Source of the DNA: a virus
Length of the DNA: 64,000 nucleotides
Reading direction: 5' to 3' (one strand)
Virus genome (UHGV): UHGV-0113858
Part shown: piece after piece, positions 9,074 through 18,498 of the stretch
How positions within the stretch are numbered: the first letter of the stretch is position 1
Layout: each line of letters starts with the position of its first letter
Program-made: the position numbers and the translations under genes
Notes under the pieces: generated by a model
What the model was told of the DNA's origin: nothing
Database searches by the model: none
The model's input: only the letters and a program-made list of their open reading frames with translations

Positions 9074-9414
9074 AACCATTTGAAAGTAAGCGAATAGCCC
9101 TTGACTTCGATGATACCTTTACCCTCGACCCTGAACGCTGGGCTGAGTTTGTCCACCTGTTCTGTTCTCGTGGTTCTGGTTGGTCAGTGAAGTTTGTTAC
9201 CTTCAGGTATGAAACGGATCGCAATGAAGACATCGAATACTGGTCTGAGAAACTTGGCATTGACATCATCTACTGTGGTGGTGTACAAAAGGCTACGGCT
9301 TGTGCTAAAGCGGGTTGGGTTCCTGATATCTGGATAGATGACTTCCCAGTGCTGATCCCAATGAAACAGCAACTCCAGGGTATGATCCTTGGTATTGAAA
9401 AGAATGGAGGATAA
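9070..9414 (+). CDS. mini-HAD superfamily phosphatase (deoxyribonucleotidase-like)
   Basis: Motif I ALDFDDTFT (DxDxT) and motif IV DIWIDDFP. Confidence 0.5.
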   Translation: MKPFESKRIALDFDDTFTLDPERWAEFVHLFCSRGSGWSVKFVTFRYETDRNEDIEYWSEKLGIDIIYCGGVQKATACAKAGWVPDIWIDDFPVLIPMKQQLQGMILGIEKNGG

Positions 9415-9417
9415 TTT

Positions 9418-9747
9418 ATGAAATTCGAAGAATGGTTATCGCAACAAGATGGCATTATCGAGGTGGATTGCGGCTGTGTTACCATGGAAGCTTTTTATCA
9501 CTGGCTACGTATGGCTTATGTAGCTGGGAACTCTCCGGCAATTCCAGAGGGGTACGTGATGGTGCCGAAGGTTCCAAGTCAAGCCCACCTGAACAGCATA
9601 GCTATGCGCTACCGTCACGATTTCTATTTGCTTAACGATGCGCAGAAAGATATCGCCCTTGCTACCGCCAGGCAGATGTATGAGGAATGTAGTGGGCAGG
9701 GATTCTATACGCTGCCAGCCGTCCCGCAGGAGGTGAGGCATGGCTAA
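9418..9747 (+). CDS. hypothetical protein (109 aa)
   Basis: SD GGAGGATAATTTATG. Confidence 0.5.
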   Translation: MKFEEWLSQQDGIIEVDCGCVTMEAFYHWLRMAYVAGNSPAIPEGYVMVPKVPSQAHLNSIAMRYRHDFYLLNDAQKDIALATARQMYEECSGQGFYTLPAVPQEVRHG

Positions 9748-10150
9748 GTTAGGAAAGCGTGGATATCCAGCACTATACCTGAAGGGCAGTAATGCTTGGT
9801 ATACCGGGTATGCCCATGACTGGAAAATGGAAGATAAGGTGGATGTTTCCGATCGTCATGAAATTCGCGAGCTGAAACTCCAGTACACTGGATTCAGTCG
9901 TGGTCGTTCTGCTGCGAATATTGAAATGGTCGATCAAGACGGGAACAAGTTCCTGATGTCAATGTCTGGGTTTGATTTGTTGATGAAAATAGCCGATGCA
10001 CCAGCAAGTGTCAAAAGAGCAGAAAAGCTTCGCGGATATGATATCCTCCGTAGCACCCATCATGGTGGTTCCGGTGTCTGGTACGTTGGTTCATTTTGTC
10101 AAACAAAACAAGGTCAGAACTATTTTATTGAACCTGTGGAGGTGAGATGA
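9740..10150 (+). CDS. hypothetical protein (136 aa)
   Basis: Overlaps the previous stop. Confidence 0.5.
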   Translation: MAKLGKRGYPALYLKGSNAWYTGYAHDWKMEDKVDVSDRHEIRELKLQYTGFSRGRSAANIEMVDQDGNKFLMSMSGFDLLMKIADAPASVKRAEKLRGYDILRSTHHGGSGVWYVGSFCQTKQGQNYFIEPVEVR

Positions 10151-10305
10151 TGAGCTTAGAAAAACGATCTAAATATTTGGTTTTCAAGTTCTGGGAGATC
10201 CTGTATGATGTCTGCTACTTTGTATTTGGTAATCTTCCGGTTACTTACGATGTCAAACACAAGATGAATATGGCGTATATGCGCTACCAAATGAAACGTG
10301 ACTGA
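10150..10305 (+). CDS. small protein (about 51 aa), ATGA-coupled to the upstream gene
   Basis: Manual translation gives MSLEKRSKYLVFKFWEIL... Confidence 0.35.
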   Translation: MSLEKRSKYLVFKFWEILYDVCYFVFGNLPVTYDVKHKMNMAYMRYQMKRD

Positions 10306-10432
10306 AAAAACAGATGCTATGATACCCCGTATGATGCGTAGAAACGCCGTGGCGGGGTTTTTAGCACATAAGGTAGGCAAACGTACTGCCTTTTCATAAA
10401 ACCCCTCAGGATTGATTACAGGACGCTACACG

Positions 10433-11248
10433 ATGACTACTATCTTAAACACTCTCGAACTTATCCCCCATAACAAGGTTAGTTATGATTTTCCTAACGT
10501 GCGCGGCGACCTTGAAAGGCTTTACCTTGATGCAGTATATGCCCTTGGTGGTGTAGAATTCTCTACTGACGAGACTGATGAGAGGACTTTCAATCAGGCC
10601 AAGGCCAGCGTGGAAAGTGTGCTTGATGACCTTAAGCAATACGCTACAGGTTCAGAGGTTGAAGGGCTTCTCGATTATGCAAAAGACACTGAACGTGCCT
10701 TTGTTGAAAGAGGTGAGTATGTACTCAATGCCATGCGGCGCATGAACAAGTTCAGTAAGGATATCTTAGATATCGACAATACTTGGAACAGAGAAGACAT
10801 TGCAAATGGTGTTGCCTGGATCGCAGAGCAACTGGGTGAGATGTTTGATGGAGGATCCCATATACGGTACATGATGCAGAATCGAGGATGGCGAGACCTG
10901 TATCTTGATTACCTCGTGAACCTTGTCGGTAACCCGGTAGTAGAGGTGCTTGCACATTATTCTTCTGCTCATGATTTGGTGTATGGTGTCGATGGTCGTA
11001 TCAAGATTGCTGATAATACCGTTACACTTATGAATGGCCCTACTTCCTTGGTCCTTTCTCCTATTCCCGGTGATATGCGTATTGTTTACACAGTCCCAGG
11101 AAAGACAGAACGGTTCCTGATTTCTGTATTGAGCACATTTTTCATTGACATTTGTAATCCGACTCCAGATGAGGTTCAAATGTATGAAATTTCTACAGGC
11201 ACAACCTATGATATTATTAAATGGAAGGATATTTTCAATCCAAGATAA
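10433..11248 (+). CDS. hypothetical protein (track 10412..11248 starts on TTG; first ATG MTTILN is at 10433)
   Basis: Long ORF with no recognised motif. Followed by a hairpin, gggatatt-N12-aatatccc. Confidence 0.55.
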   Translation: MTTILNTLELIPHNKVSYDFPNVRGDLERLYLDAVYALGGVEFSTDETDERTFNQAKASVESVLDDLKQYATGSEVEGLLDYAKDTERAFVERGEYVLNAMRRMNKFSKDILDIDNTWNREDIANGVAWIAEQLGEMFDGGSHIRYMMQNRGWRDLYLDYLVNLVGNPVVEVLAHYSSAHDLVYGVDGRIKIADNTVTLMNGPTSLVLSPIPGDMRIVYTVPGKTERFLISVLSTFFIDICNPTPDEVQMYEISTGTTYDIIKWKDIFNPR

Positions 11249-11523
11249 GATTCAAAACTGTGGGATATTTGTACGATATTTAATATCCCAAAGATATTTT
11301 AAAATTCGAAATGGTTTTCAAAATCGTTTTTGAAACGGATTTCATCTTACCTGCAAATTTTTAAATAAAGAGTTTTGGGAGTAGATTATCTCAAACCTTT
11401 GTGGAAGCTATGTCGAAAAATGATGCACAAGTGTATGATTGCTATAGGTATCTTGGCATCAAGATTGGACATTTATCTCAAATAGGCGAAAAAGATATCT
11501 CAAATTTTCAGGTAGAAAACTCT

Positions 11524-11730
11524 GGGTTCTCGATCGACTTTTCGTTTTCAAAAACGTATTTGCTCTCACTATCAAAAAATTTTTCTCTATATCAACCGGG
11601 TTCTCGATCGGTTTTTCAAAATCGAGATCGTAATTGTTTTTTCTCTAGAAAAAATTTTTCGGCCCGGTTCTCGATCGAGATCTCAATTTCCAGATCGTAT
11701 TTGTTTTCTTACGCGAAAAAATTTTTTAGG
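11524..11730. repeat. three tandem roughly 67-75 bp repeats (iteron-like; core GGTTCTCGATCG ... TTTTCAAAATCG ... AAAAAATTTTTC)
   Basis: Core motif at about 11524, 11598 and 11665. The A6T5C motif recurs at 11574, 11649 and 11715. Confidence 0.7.
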
Positions 11731-11787
11731 GGTATCGCTCAGTATCTCACATGAAAAATCAGAAGTCAATATTTAAATTTTTTGTTG

Positions 11788-11835
11788 AATGAGAAGCATT
11801 CTTATTTAGTTATTTGAATGATAATCATTCTCATT
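11788..11835. promoter_or_regulatory. two adjacent imperfect copies of the palindrome AATGAGAAnCATTCTCATT (operator-like)
   Basis: aatgagaagcattcttatt at 11788-11806 and aatgataatcattctcatt at 11817-11835. Confidence 0.5.
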
Positions 11836-12105
11836 TGCTGAATGACAGGCACCCCCGGTGTTTTGTACTCCGGTTTCAATGTTCCCGCTATGTGTATAAT
11901 ATAGGATACACGGCCCCATGTTGCAAGCGTCTTTACAATTCTTTACAAATAGACTTTAGGCGAGCTACCGGCGATCCACCTTCCAACCAGGTCTCCGCGC
12001 CTGGTATGTTAGCCCCGCCTTTCCGCCGTGGGGTGGCGTCTCTTCTCCTGTCTGATAAATATAACCCAAGCCGGGGCCGTTTGCAAGCCCCGCGATAAAA
12101 TATTT

Positions 12106-12291
12106 TTACTCCCAGGAGTCCGCGATCACTTCTCCATTTTCCGCAACAATTCTCACCCTGGTAAATCCTGAATTATACATTTTCAACGCAAAGGGTAAAG
12201 GCACGATCCTAACCTGGGGCGCTGCGCTTTCCGTCTCCCAGGTGGAAAGGGTAACCATTGTTTCACTCGTTATTACTTTTGCGTTTTCCAT
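12106..12291 (-). CDS. hypothetical protein (61 aa); the only minus-strand gene in the GC-rich block
   Basis: Carries the block-typical RBS AAAGGTAAACGAAATGG on the minus strand. Confidence 0.5.
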   Translation of the reverse strand: MENAKVITSETMVTLSTWETESAAPQVRIVPLPFALKMYNSGFTRVRIVAENGEVIADSWE

Positions 12292-12395
12292 TTCGTTTAC
12301 CTTTATTTGTTGGCGTCCTTATATAGTACACTAACCAGGCCGGGGCGCAAGCCCACACGAACAAAAATATTTTTAATTTATTTTCATCCAGGGTA

Positions 12396-12424
12396 TTGAC
12401 GCGGGGATCACTATCACTTAATAT
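12396..12424 (+). promoter_or_regulatory. sigma70-type promoter TTGACG-N17-TAATAT
   Basis: ttgacg cggggatcactatcact taatat. Confidence 0.5.
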
Positions 12425-12579
12425 TCATTTCACCGGGGCGGGGTGAATCCAAGGCCCCCGGTTGAAATAGTGGGGCGTGGAGTAAAGCGCAAGCGATGAG
12501 GATTCAATCTGGCCCGGAAAGGTGAGGATCTCCAAAATCCAGGGCAAAACAAAATTACATCTACTGAAGAGGCTACAAC

Positions 12580-12747
12580 ATGAAAAACATTTCTTTTACT
12601 ACCCGTGACCAGGCCCGCGCTTTTACCCGTAATGTTAACAGCAAGGTAACCACGGCGGCGCGTTTACGTCAACCTGTTAAAGATGGCGCCGGGCAATGGG
12701 TTATCCCTGGAATTAACCACGGTAAAACCTTATCCCTGGCTAAATAA
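12580..12747 (+). CDS. small protein (about 55 aa)
   Basis: SD GAAGAGG then ATG. Manual translation MKNISFTTRDQARAF... Below the track's 60-aa cutoff. Confidence 0.4.
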   Translation: MKNISFTTRDQARAFTRNVNSKVTTAARLRQPVKDGAGQWVIPGINHGKTLSLAK

Positions 12748-12840
12748 AATATTTTATCCTGGGCGCTTGCTTTCAGTTAGCGCCTTTGATAAAGTGTTTT
12801 CTCAGGCGGCAAGGGCCGCGATAAATCGAGGTAAAAAGCA

Positions 12841-13626
12841 ATGTCTACGTTTAAACTTAATAATGGTCTGGTTGTCAACTCAGAATCCGAGATCGTGCAT
12901 AGTGTACCGGGTAAAAAATCCACAGCAAAAAAGGGTTATGTATTATATAAAGGCCCGTCAGTTCTGGATAAGGCCCCGATCGTGGTCATTGCTACAATGT
13001 CAACCGCTAACGATAAAACCGGCGATATGATCCAGACCTGGATCATGCGGGAAGATGTTAGCCCACTGGAAGCGAGCGCTAAAAAACTTGATTCATCTGT
13101 TTGCGGTATGTGTCCCCATCGTACCAGCTTAAACGGCGCTTGTTATGTGACGTTACACCAGGCCCCGCTGGCAGTCTGGAAGTCTTACAAAAAAGGCAAC
13201 TATAAAGATCTTGATTCTCGCGATCTGGTACATTTTGCGGGGCGTTATATCCGTTTAGGTTCCTACGGTGATCCGGCGGCGGTCCCTTTTGAGGTATGGC
13301 AAAACATGGTCAACCATACGCAAGGAAACACGGGATACACTCACCAGATCCACCATAAGAATTTTGATCATCGTATCGCTACCATTTGCCAGATCTCAGC
13401 CGATACGGAGAAACAAGCGATCACAGCATGGGGCCAGGGTTATAAAACTTTCCGCGTGAAAACTCCCAACATGCGCCGCTTGGAAGGTGAGATCACTTGC
13501 GTTAATACAACTCACAATATCAGCTGTTTAGATTGCGGATTGTGCGACGGTAAACGCGCCAACGTCGTGATCGACGTTCACGGCAGATCCGCAAAAAGAT
13601 TCGATAAATTCGAACGTATCATTTGA
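12841..13626 (+). CDS. hypothetical Cys-cluster protein (261 aa)
   Basis: CGMCPH and CLDCGLC pairs. RBS GAGGTAAAAAGCAATG. Confidence 0.55.
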   Translation: MSTFKLNNGLVVNSESEIVHSVPGKKSTAKKGYVLYKGPSVLDKAPIVVIATMSTANDKTGDMIQTWIMREDVSPLEASAKKLDSSVCGMCPHRTSLNGACYVTLHQAPLAVWKSYKKGNYKDLDSRDLVHFAGRYIRLGSYGDPAAVPFEVWQNMVNHTQGNTGYTHQIHHKNFDHRIATICQISADTEKQAITAWGQGYKTFRVKTPNMRRLEGEITCVNTTHNISCLDCGLCDGKRANVVIDVHGRSAKRFDKFERII

Positions 13627-13699
13627 CAACCGCCACACGATAACAGATAATACAAATCAGCCGGGGAATTCTCCCCGGCCCTAGCAAGGGTAAAATATC

Positions 13700-13969
13700 A
13701 TGGCAATGAATCTCAGGTCTTTAAAGCTTATGCGCGATTTTAACAAGTGTTTTCACCAGGTCGCCCAGTATGGCGAGTGTATCAGCATATCAAAAGAGGC
13801 CTACAACGTGGATCACTTCCATCACGGCCCTGATTGCCTGATCTCAGTCCTTGTTAAAAAATTTAACTATCTTGGGCATGAATTCACCTTTAAGATCTCA
13901 GATCTTGATAATAAATATTATCTAGCTGGCGATATATGCGCCGCTGGCTGGAAAGATTTAAGAAAATAA
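13700..13969 (+). CDS. hypothetical protein (89 aa)
   Basis: Upstream promoter, hairpin gccgggga-attc-tccccggc, then AAGGGTAAAATATCATG. Confidence 0.55.
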   Translation: MAMNLRSLKLMRDFNKCFHQVAQYGECISISKEAYNVDHFHHGPDCLISVLVKKFNYLGHEFTFKISDLDNKYYLAGDICAAGWKDLRK

Positions 13970-13972
13970 TAT

Positions 13973-14002
13973 TTGACACCAGGCCCGGAAAGGGCCTATA
14001 AT
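13973..14002 (+). promoter_or_regulatory. sigma70 promoter TTGACA-N18-TATAAT with a GC hairpin (ggccc-ggaaa-gggcc) in the spacer
   Basis: Seen directly in the sequence. Confidence 0.6.
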
Positions 14003-14045
14003 TACCAGGCACCAACAAACTAAACACTAAACGAGGTAAAATATC

Positions 14046-14558
14046 ATGGGCTGGACTGGCATTTATTCTAATCTTAATAACAAAAAATTTGTTGAAAATT
14101 ATCTGACTGATAACCGCGTGATCGAAACTTCTGTTGTAGGCAATGAAGTTTATCAACTTGCAAGGGCGAGGGATGAAAGTCTTTACATTCGTGTAACAAT
14201 TCTTTCCCGTAAAGATGGTATGGTTTTTTATAAGGATATGGATGAATCTTGCGGCCCGTGTTATTACAACTGTCCTGAAAAATTCCTTAAGCTATCCACG
14301 CAAAAAGATGAATTTTCCGTTAATTGGCGCGCCGCTTGCCGTCAACATGCTAAATACAAAAAAGAGCAGAAAGCATTGATTGATCGGATCAAGATCCTGA
14401 AAAATGGTGATCGCGTGGAAATGATATCCGGGCGCGTGGTAGTCTTTGAGTTCCCCCATAACCGCGCCCGATTTGCTGGACGTCTGGCGGACGTTGCACC
14501 AGGTAAACAAAATTCTCTTTTTGCATGGTCTTATAAAGACGTTGCAAAGATTCTTTAA
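14046..14558 (+). CDS. hypothetical protein (170 aa)
   Basis: RBS CGAGGTAAAATATCATG. Confidence 0.55.
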   Translation: MGWTGIYSNLNNKKFVENYLTDNRVIETSVVGNEVYQLARARDESLYIRVTILSRKDGMVFYKDMDESCGPCYYNCPEKFLKLSTQKDEFSVNWRAACRQHAKYKKEQKALIDRIKILKNGDRVEMISGRVVVFEFPHNRARFAGRLADVAPGKQNSLFAWSYKDVAKIL

Positions 14559-14617
14559 ACCGCTATACTGATTAAAGCCGGGGAATTGTCCCCGGCATAA
14601 CCTAAAAGGTAAACAAA

Positions 14618-14995
14618 ATGGCCTACATGAATAAAGAGAAGAAAGCGAAAATTGTTGAAGCAGTGAAAGCTGTATTGCCAAAAGGCTGGAAAGCAACATT
14701 TGCGATCCGTCACTATTCAACTATTGTTTGCACTATCCGATCCGCGCCGCTGGATCTCAAAGATGCCTTTCATCGTACCCGTGATGATTGGGATTTTCTA
14801 ACGATTAATACCTATCACGCTGAAAAGCAATGTAAGAATAAAGATATCGCCGATAAATTAGAAAAAATCATTGCAGCGTTAAATCTTGATAATTACGATA
14901 ACAGCGATATAATGACAGATTATTTTGATGTCGGTCATTATGTAGATCTTAAGTTCGGATCATGGGATAAGCCATTTAAAAACAGCGCTGCGTAA
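14618..14995 (+). CDS. hypothetical protein (125 aa)
   Basis: Hairpin gccgggga-attg-tccccggc, then AAAAGGTAAACAAAATG. Confidence 0.55.
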   Translation: MAYMNKEKKAKIVEAVKAVLPKGWKATFAIRHYSTIVCTIRSAPLDLKDAFHRTRDDWDFLTINTYHAEKQCKNKDIADKLEKIIAALNLDNYDNSDIMTDYFDVGHYVDLKFGSWDKPFKNSAA

Positions 14996-15101
14996 TATGA
15001 AAGAATTGTTGATTCTACTCATATTTTGTTATTATGCAAAAATACACGCCAGATCCTGGCGTGTTATAAAATGGTTTTACTACTGGTACAGGGTTAAAAC
15101 A

Positions 15102-15359
15102 ATGTTCCACTATATAGAATATCGCTTCCAGGGGGAGGATTACCACACCAGGCGATCCGGGCCGTTGAATGATCTGGAGGGTAGCGGCCTGATATGTGAG
15201 ATTAAACACCGGGGCGGCGTGGTCCTGGTACATAAAGAGGGATCCTTCGACTACATCGAAGAGCTGATCGAATATCGCAAAAAACAGATCGCGGAATGGC
15301 GATCGGAAACATACAACCACAGGGGATCAAGATATGACAGCAAAAAGCCGCAACTTTGA
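15102..15359 (+). CDS. hypothetical protein (track 14997..15359 has no RBS; in-frame ATG at 15102 follows GGGTTAAAACAATG)
   Basis: Hairpin cgccag-atcc-tggcg upstream of the alternative start. Confidence 0.4.
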   Translation: MFHYIEYRFQGEDYHTRRSGPLNDLEGSGLICEIKHRGGVVLVHKEGSFDYIEELIEYRKKQIAEWRSETYNHRGSRYDSKKPQL

Positions 15360-15549
15360 GAAGATGACAAGCCAGCGCGATCGCCTTGCTTTTGGTGAGA
15401 CTAACGAGCGGCGCGAGCGTAACAATAAACGGCATAAGCCGGAACGGATCGCGGTTCAATGGTCGCCGGACCAGTATGATCCGAAGTTGAATAAACGCCT
15501 TGCGGATCGTAAACGTAATTTGCAGCGATACGCCGTAGCAGGTGAATAA
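15334..15549 (+). CDS. small basic (Arg/Lys-rich) protein (71 aa; start may be 15364)
   Basis: ORF-track entry. Highly basic, candidate nucleic-acid binder. Confidence 0.4.
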   Translation: MTAKSRNFEKMTSQRDRLAFGETNERRERNNKRHKPERIAVQWSPDQYDPKLNKRLADRKRNLQRYAVAGE

Positions 15550-15553
15550 CCAG

Positions 15554-15579
15554 GCCGGGGATAATTCCCCGGCTTTTTT
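15554..15579 (+). terminator. rho-independent terminator gccgggg-ataatt-ccccggc then T6
   Basis: Seen directly in the sequence. Confidence 0.7.
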
Positions 15580-15608
15580 ATGCAAAATAGTGAATATGGC
15601 GAGATCTC
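15578..15608. repeat. 31-bp element TTATGCAAAATAGTGAATATGGCGAGATCTC (copy 1 of 2 identical copies)
   Basis: Identical copy at 19312-19342. A related ATGCAAAAAGTGAATAATG is at about 19488. Confidence 0.7.
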
Positions 15609-15882
15609 AGCGCAGCAATGCACTTACCAGGGTTACACATTGAAGCGCTTAGAATCGATTTGAGGGCGTTTTAGATGGTATCCGATAACCGCGCCCCGCT
15701 CAAAACGCCGAAAATTTAGTTACCGGTTGAAACTAATTGCATAACAGCGATTTTCTATGCACATCACTGCATATGAGAACAGTTCTCAACAATTCTTAAA
15801 AATATTTGTTGCATCCTGGCGGCGTTATGCTATCCTTTAATCAGTGGCGGAATTCACCGCCACACTGAAAAAGGTAAACACT

Positions 15883-16059
15883 ATGGAAAAGCAAAACATG
15901 TATAAAACGGCCTATAGTTCTGAATTTTGTTGTTATGTTGGGATTAATCGCGCTTGGAAAGATTCAAATGGTAAATGGATTTTTGAGTGCTCAAATGTGG
16001 CAAAGGGCCTGGATAACTTCCTTTTTCGTGAGTCAGAACTAGAAAAATTTTGTCTTTAA
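15883..16059 (+). CDS. small Cys-containing protein (about 58 aa; track 15844..16059)
   Basis: Hairpin gtggcgg-aatt-ccgccac, then AAAAAGGTAAACACTATG. Confidence 0.45.
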   Translation: MEKQNMYKTAYSSEFCCYVGINRAWKDSNGKWIFECSNVAKGLDNFLFRESELEKFCL

Positions 16060-16139
16060 TTGTTGACAAGCCAAGTCAAAAGGCCTATTATTCTCAATAA
16101 GGCGGGAATAGGTCCCGCCACCAGCTGGAAGGTAAAGAT

Positions 16140-16391
16140 ATGACAATTGTAAATGAAATCAAAAAACCTGGTATCGTTATTCGTGATATCTCCTCGGATT
16201 TTGGGGACGGAACTTATGACGTGTTGATCACGGATGAAAAAGGTAATTGCAGGTACTCACCCGAAGTTTTTAACACGGCAGAAAGCGCCGAAAAATATGC
16301 TCTTGCTGTTAATGATTTTTCTTGGTGGGATCAATACTTTAACAGTAAAGAGGCGGCCAGTGTCTGGGAATTGGTTAAACGCGTAAAATAA
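16140..16391 (+). CDS. hypothetical protein (83 aa)
   Basis: GGAAGGTAAAGATATG. Confidence 0.5.
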   Translation: MTIVNEIKKPGIVIRDISSDFGDGTYDVLITDEKGNCRYSPEVFNTAESAEKYALAVNDFSWWDQYFNSKEAASVWELVKRVK

Positions 16392-16469
16392 CAGTTGACA
16401 CTGGTTAATGTGTGGGATTATACTTCCTACACATTGACAAGTGAAACAATTAACCAAAAGGTAAACAAC

Positions 16470-16754
16470 ATGCAAAACGTAAAATCTAACATCGCCGATC
16501 TTGAATCAAAATTCCTGGGTAAAATGGTGTATCATAACTATGGTCAAATCGCTTTTGGCGTGGTAACCGGAATCGATGATCGCGATCCCAATAAATTACG
16601 TTTACGCGTGAAGTTTACCCGCAACAATACTCCGGCGCATATCAAAAAATATGACAACCGCGCGGATCGTGTTCGTTGCTTACTCCCTCAATCTGTTACC
16701 GTGTCCCGTGTTCAATATGGGATCTATAATCAGACAAACCAGATCAACAAATAA
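16470..16754 (+). CDS. hypothetical protein (94 aa; track 16395 start is non-ATG)
   Basis: Promoter TTGACA-N17/18-TATACT at 16394-16423. RBS AAAAGGTAAACAACATG. Confidence 0.5.
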   Translation: MQNVKSNIADLESKFLGKMVYHNYGQIAFGVVTGIDDRDPNKLRLRVKFTRNNTPAHIKKYDNRADRVRCLLPQSVTVSRVQYGIYNQTNQINK

Positions 16755-16792
16755 TCATTAACGGGGCTTTGCGCCCCATTAAGGCGGCTAAC

Positions 16793-17011
16793 ATGTTCGG
16801 ATTTATTATATTGGCTTGTCATATTTCTGTTAGTTCGATGGCATTACAATGTGATTGGAATGTTAAAAAAACATTCCCCACGGAACAGGCTTGCAACGTG
16901 TACGAAAACGAATACACGTTAGGCAAAGGCGAGCAGATTGGGATCTGCGATGAGTTAGATCCCGGCGTTAAAGAAGGCGATAAGCGCCCTATTCTCACCC
17001 TCAAAAAGTAA
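16793..17011 (+). CDS. small protein with N-terminal signal-peptide-like segment (about 72 aa)
   Basis: MFGFIILACHISVSSMA... with SD AAGGCGG. Hairpin ggggc-tttgc-gcccc upstream. Confidence 0.45.
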   Translation: MFGFIILACHISVSSMALQCDWNVKKTFPTEQACNVYENEYTLGKGEQIGICDELDPGVKEGDKRPILTLKK

Positions 17012-17021
17012 GGTAACGATC

Positions 17022-17225
17022 ATGTTTGAAGTATTCGCGGGTATGTGCTTTTATGGTGCGCTGGCTTTAAAACAGTGTGATGATTATGTAGTAGAAAGCT
17101 ATGATGATCAATTGACTTGCGAGATCGTCGCCGTTGACTATCAGCGCCAGGGGCGCTGGATTAATCCGGCCTGCATACCATCGCCGGAAGTCGAACCGAT
17201 GCCGGAAAGCAAAAATAATTATTGA
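17022..17225 (+). CDS. hypothetical protein (67 aa)
   Basis: AAGGTAACGATCATG. Confidence 0.45.
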   Translation: MFEVFAGMCFYGALALKQCDDYVVESYDDQLTCEIVAVDYQRQGRWINPACIPSPEVEPMPESKNNY

Positions 17226-17296
17226 TCCCCCGGCCCGGTTAGGTTATATTACTTGGACCGGGCAAGATTGGCCCACTAACAAAAAGGTAAAATAGT

Positions 17297-17620
17297 ATGG
17301 AAAAGGCAAACAAATTTTTCTTTCTGGAAAATGTTAACGATAATGTTAATTGCGACTTTAATCGCCAGGGTGAAAAAACCATGTTAGTATTTTGTCATGA
17401 GAATGACAGCGAACAAACTGACCGTTTAACTGTCCTGATCCGCACTGAAAAATCCATTCAATCCCATAGCGGGAAACTTGAAAACCGTCATTTTATCGCC
17501 TACACGCTTGAAAGAAGCGGAGTAACAATAAAACAGGCTGACAGCCTGCCTATAACTACCCCGGATCTAGTCTGGATGTTTACAACTGCTATTGTTAACG
17601 ATGTTTTCCGTGCTGACTAA
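17297..17620 (+). CDS. hypothetical protein (107 aa)
   Basis: AAAAAGGTAAAATAGTATG. Confidence 0.5.
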   Translation: MEKANKFFFLENVNDNVNCDFNRQGEKTMLVFCHENDSEQTDRLTVLIRTEKSIQSHSGKLENRHFIAYTLERSGVTIKQADSLPITTPDLVWMFTTAIVNDVFRAD

Positions 17621-17636
17621 TTGAGAAAATTAATCT

Positions 17637-17670
17637 GAAAAGTCGCTTGCAAACGTGAGCGACTTTTATT
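17637..17670 (+). terminator. rho-independent terminator agtcgct-N10-agcgact then TTTTATT
   Basis: Seen directly in the sequence. Confidence 0.6.
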
Positions 17671-17727
17671 ATATTTAATGCACAGGGCGGCAATGGTGCG
17701 ACGGCCCAAAAATCGAGGTAAAACAGA

Positions 17728-18498
17728 ATGACCACTAAAATCACCGTTACTTATTACATCGACTCCGGTAAGCTGAATGCAATGTATACATTGCGCCGCC
17801 GTAATTTTGGTGGTGGCGTTTTTGCAGATTCTTACATTTGCAATCTTTCAACCGATCCCCAAAAAGCAGAAAATAAAGCAAAGGAATATTTTGATCGAGT
17901 AACCGCGCGGATCGCCAATACAGAAAACTTTGAGCAAGTTTTTGCAGGCTATGCGGATTTTGAGCTGGGGCAACGTCGCGGTAAATTGTCGATCGTCGAT
18001 ACCGCCCGGATCGAAGAAATCGAAGCGGGGCGCTTTCCGTTTGGCAAGCATTGCGGTAAAACGTTTGCCGATGTTAAAGAATCCTATGTTTTATTTTTTG
18101 CCGATATGGCAAACAAGCCAGACAACGGCCCGGTAATGGAAGCATTAAGCGCGGCATGTTTGGGTTATGCTCTTGATCATGGTTACATTGCAGCCCGTGA
18201 CCAAAAACGCGCCGAGCGTAAAGCCGAGGATTTAAAAAGCAATTGGATCGGCAACATTGGCGATCGCCTGGTTTTTGAGGGTGAGATTATTTTCTCTTAT
18301 CTGAAAATTGATGAATGGAGTTTATCATCTTACTATATTATAAAAATTCGCCAGGGTGACGATCTGGTTACCTACATCGGATCAAAAGAGTTAGGCCCGG
18401 TTGGAGCGGTTATTAAGTTTAAAGCTACCGTCAAAAAACATGATACCTATCAGGACGTCAAAACGACCGTTGTAAACCGTCCCGCCATTCTGGCATAG
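17728..18498 (+). CDS. hypothetical protein (256 aa)
   Basis: ATCGAGGTAAAACAGAATG. Confidence 0.55.
   Translation: MTTKITVTYYIDSGKLNAMYTLRRRNFGGGVFADSYICNLSTDPQKAENKAKEYFDRVTARIANTENFEQVFAGYADFELGQRRGKLSIVDTARIEEIEAGRFPFGKHCGKTFADVKESYVLFFADMANKPDNGPVMEALSAACLGYALDHGYIAARDQKRAERKAEDLKSNWIGNIGDRLVFEGEIIFSYLKIDEWSLSSYYIIKIRQGDDLVTYIGSKELGPVGAVIKFKATVKKHDTYQDVKTTVVNRPAILA

Noticed and set aside
11524-11730. Possible CRISPR array
   Set aside because: The repeats are about 70 bp, internally divergent, and not separated by unique spacers of uniform length. No cas genes. They look iteron-like, not CRISPR-like.
11401-11754. 117-aa ORF MEAMSKNDAQ...
   Set aside because: It is read entirely through the three tandem iteron-like repeats, so the protein-level repeats merely mirror the DNA repeats. 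No RBS.
11814-12098. 94-aa Arg/Pro-rich ORF
   Set aside because: Low-complexity translation of GC hairpins. No RBS. Better explained as a noncoding or sRNA region.
12683-13030. 115-aa + ORF
   Set aside because: Overlaps the better-supported 12580-12747 and 12841-13626 genes and lacks the module-typical RBS.
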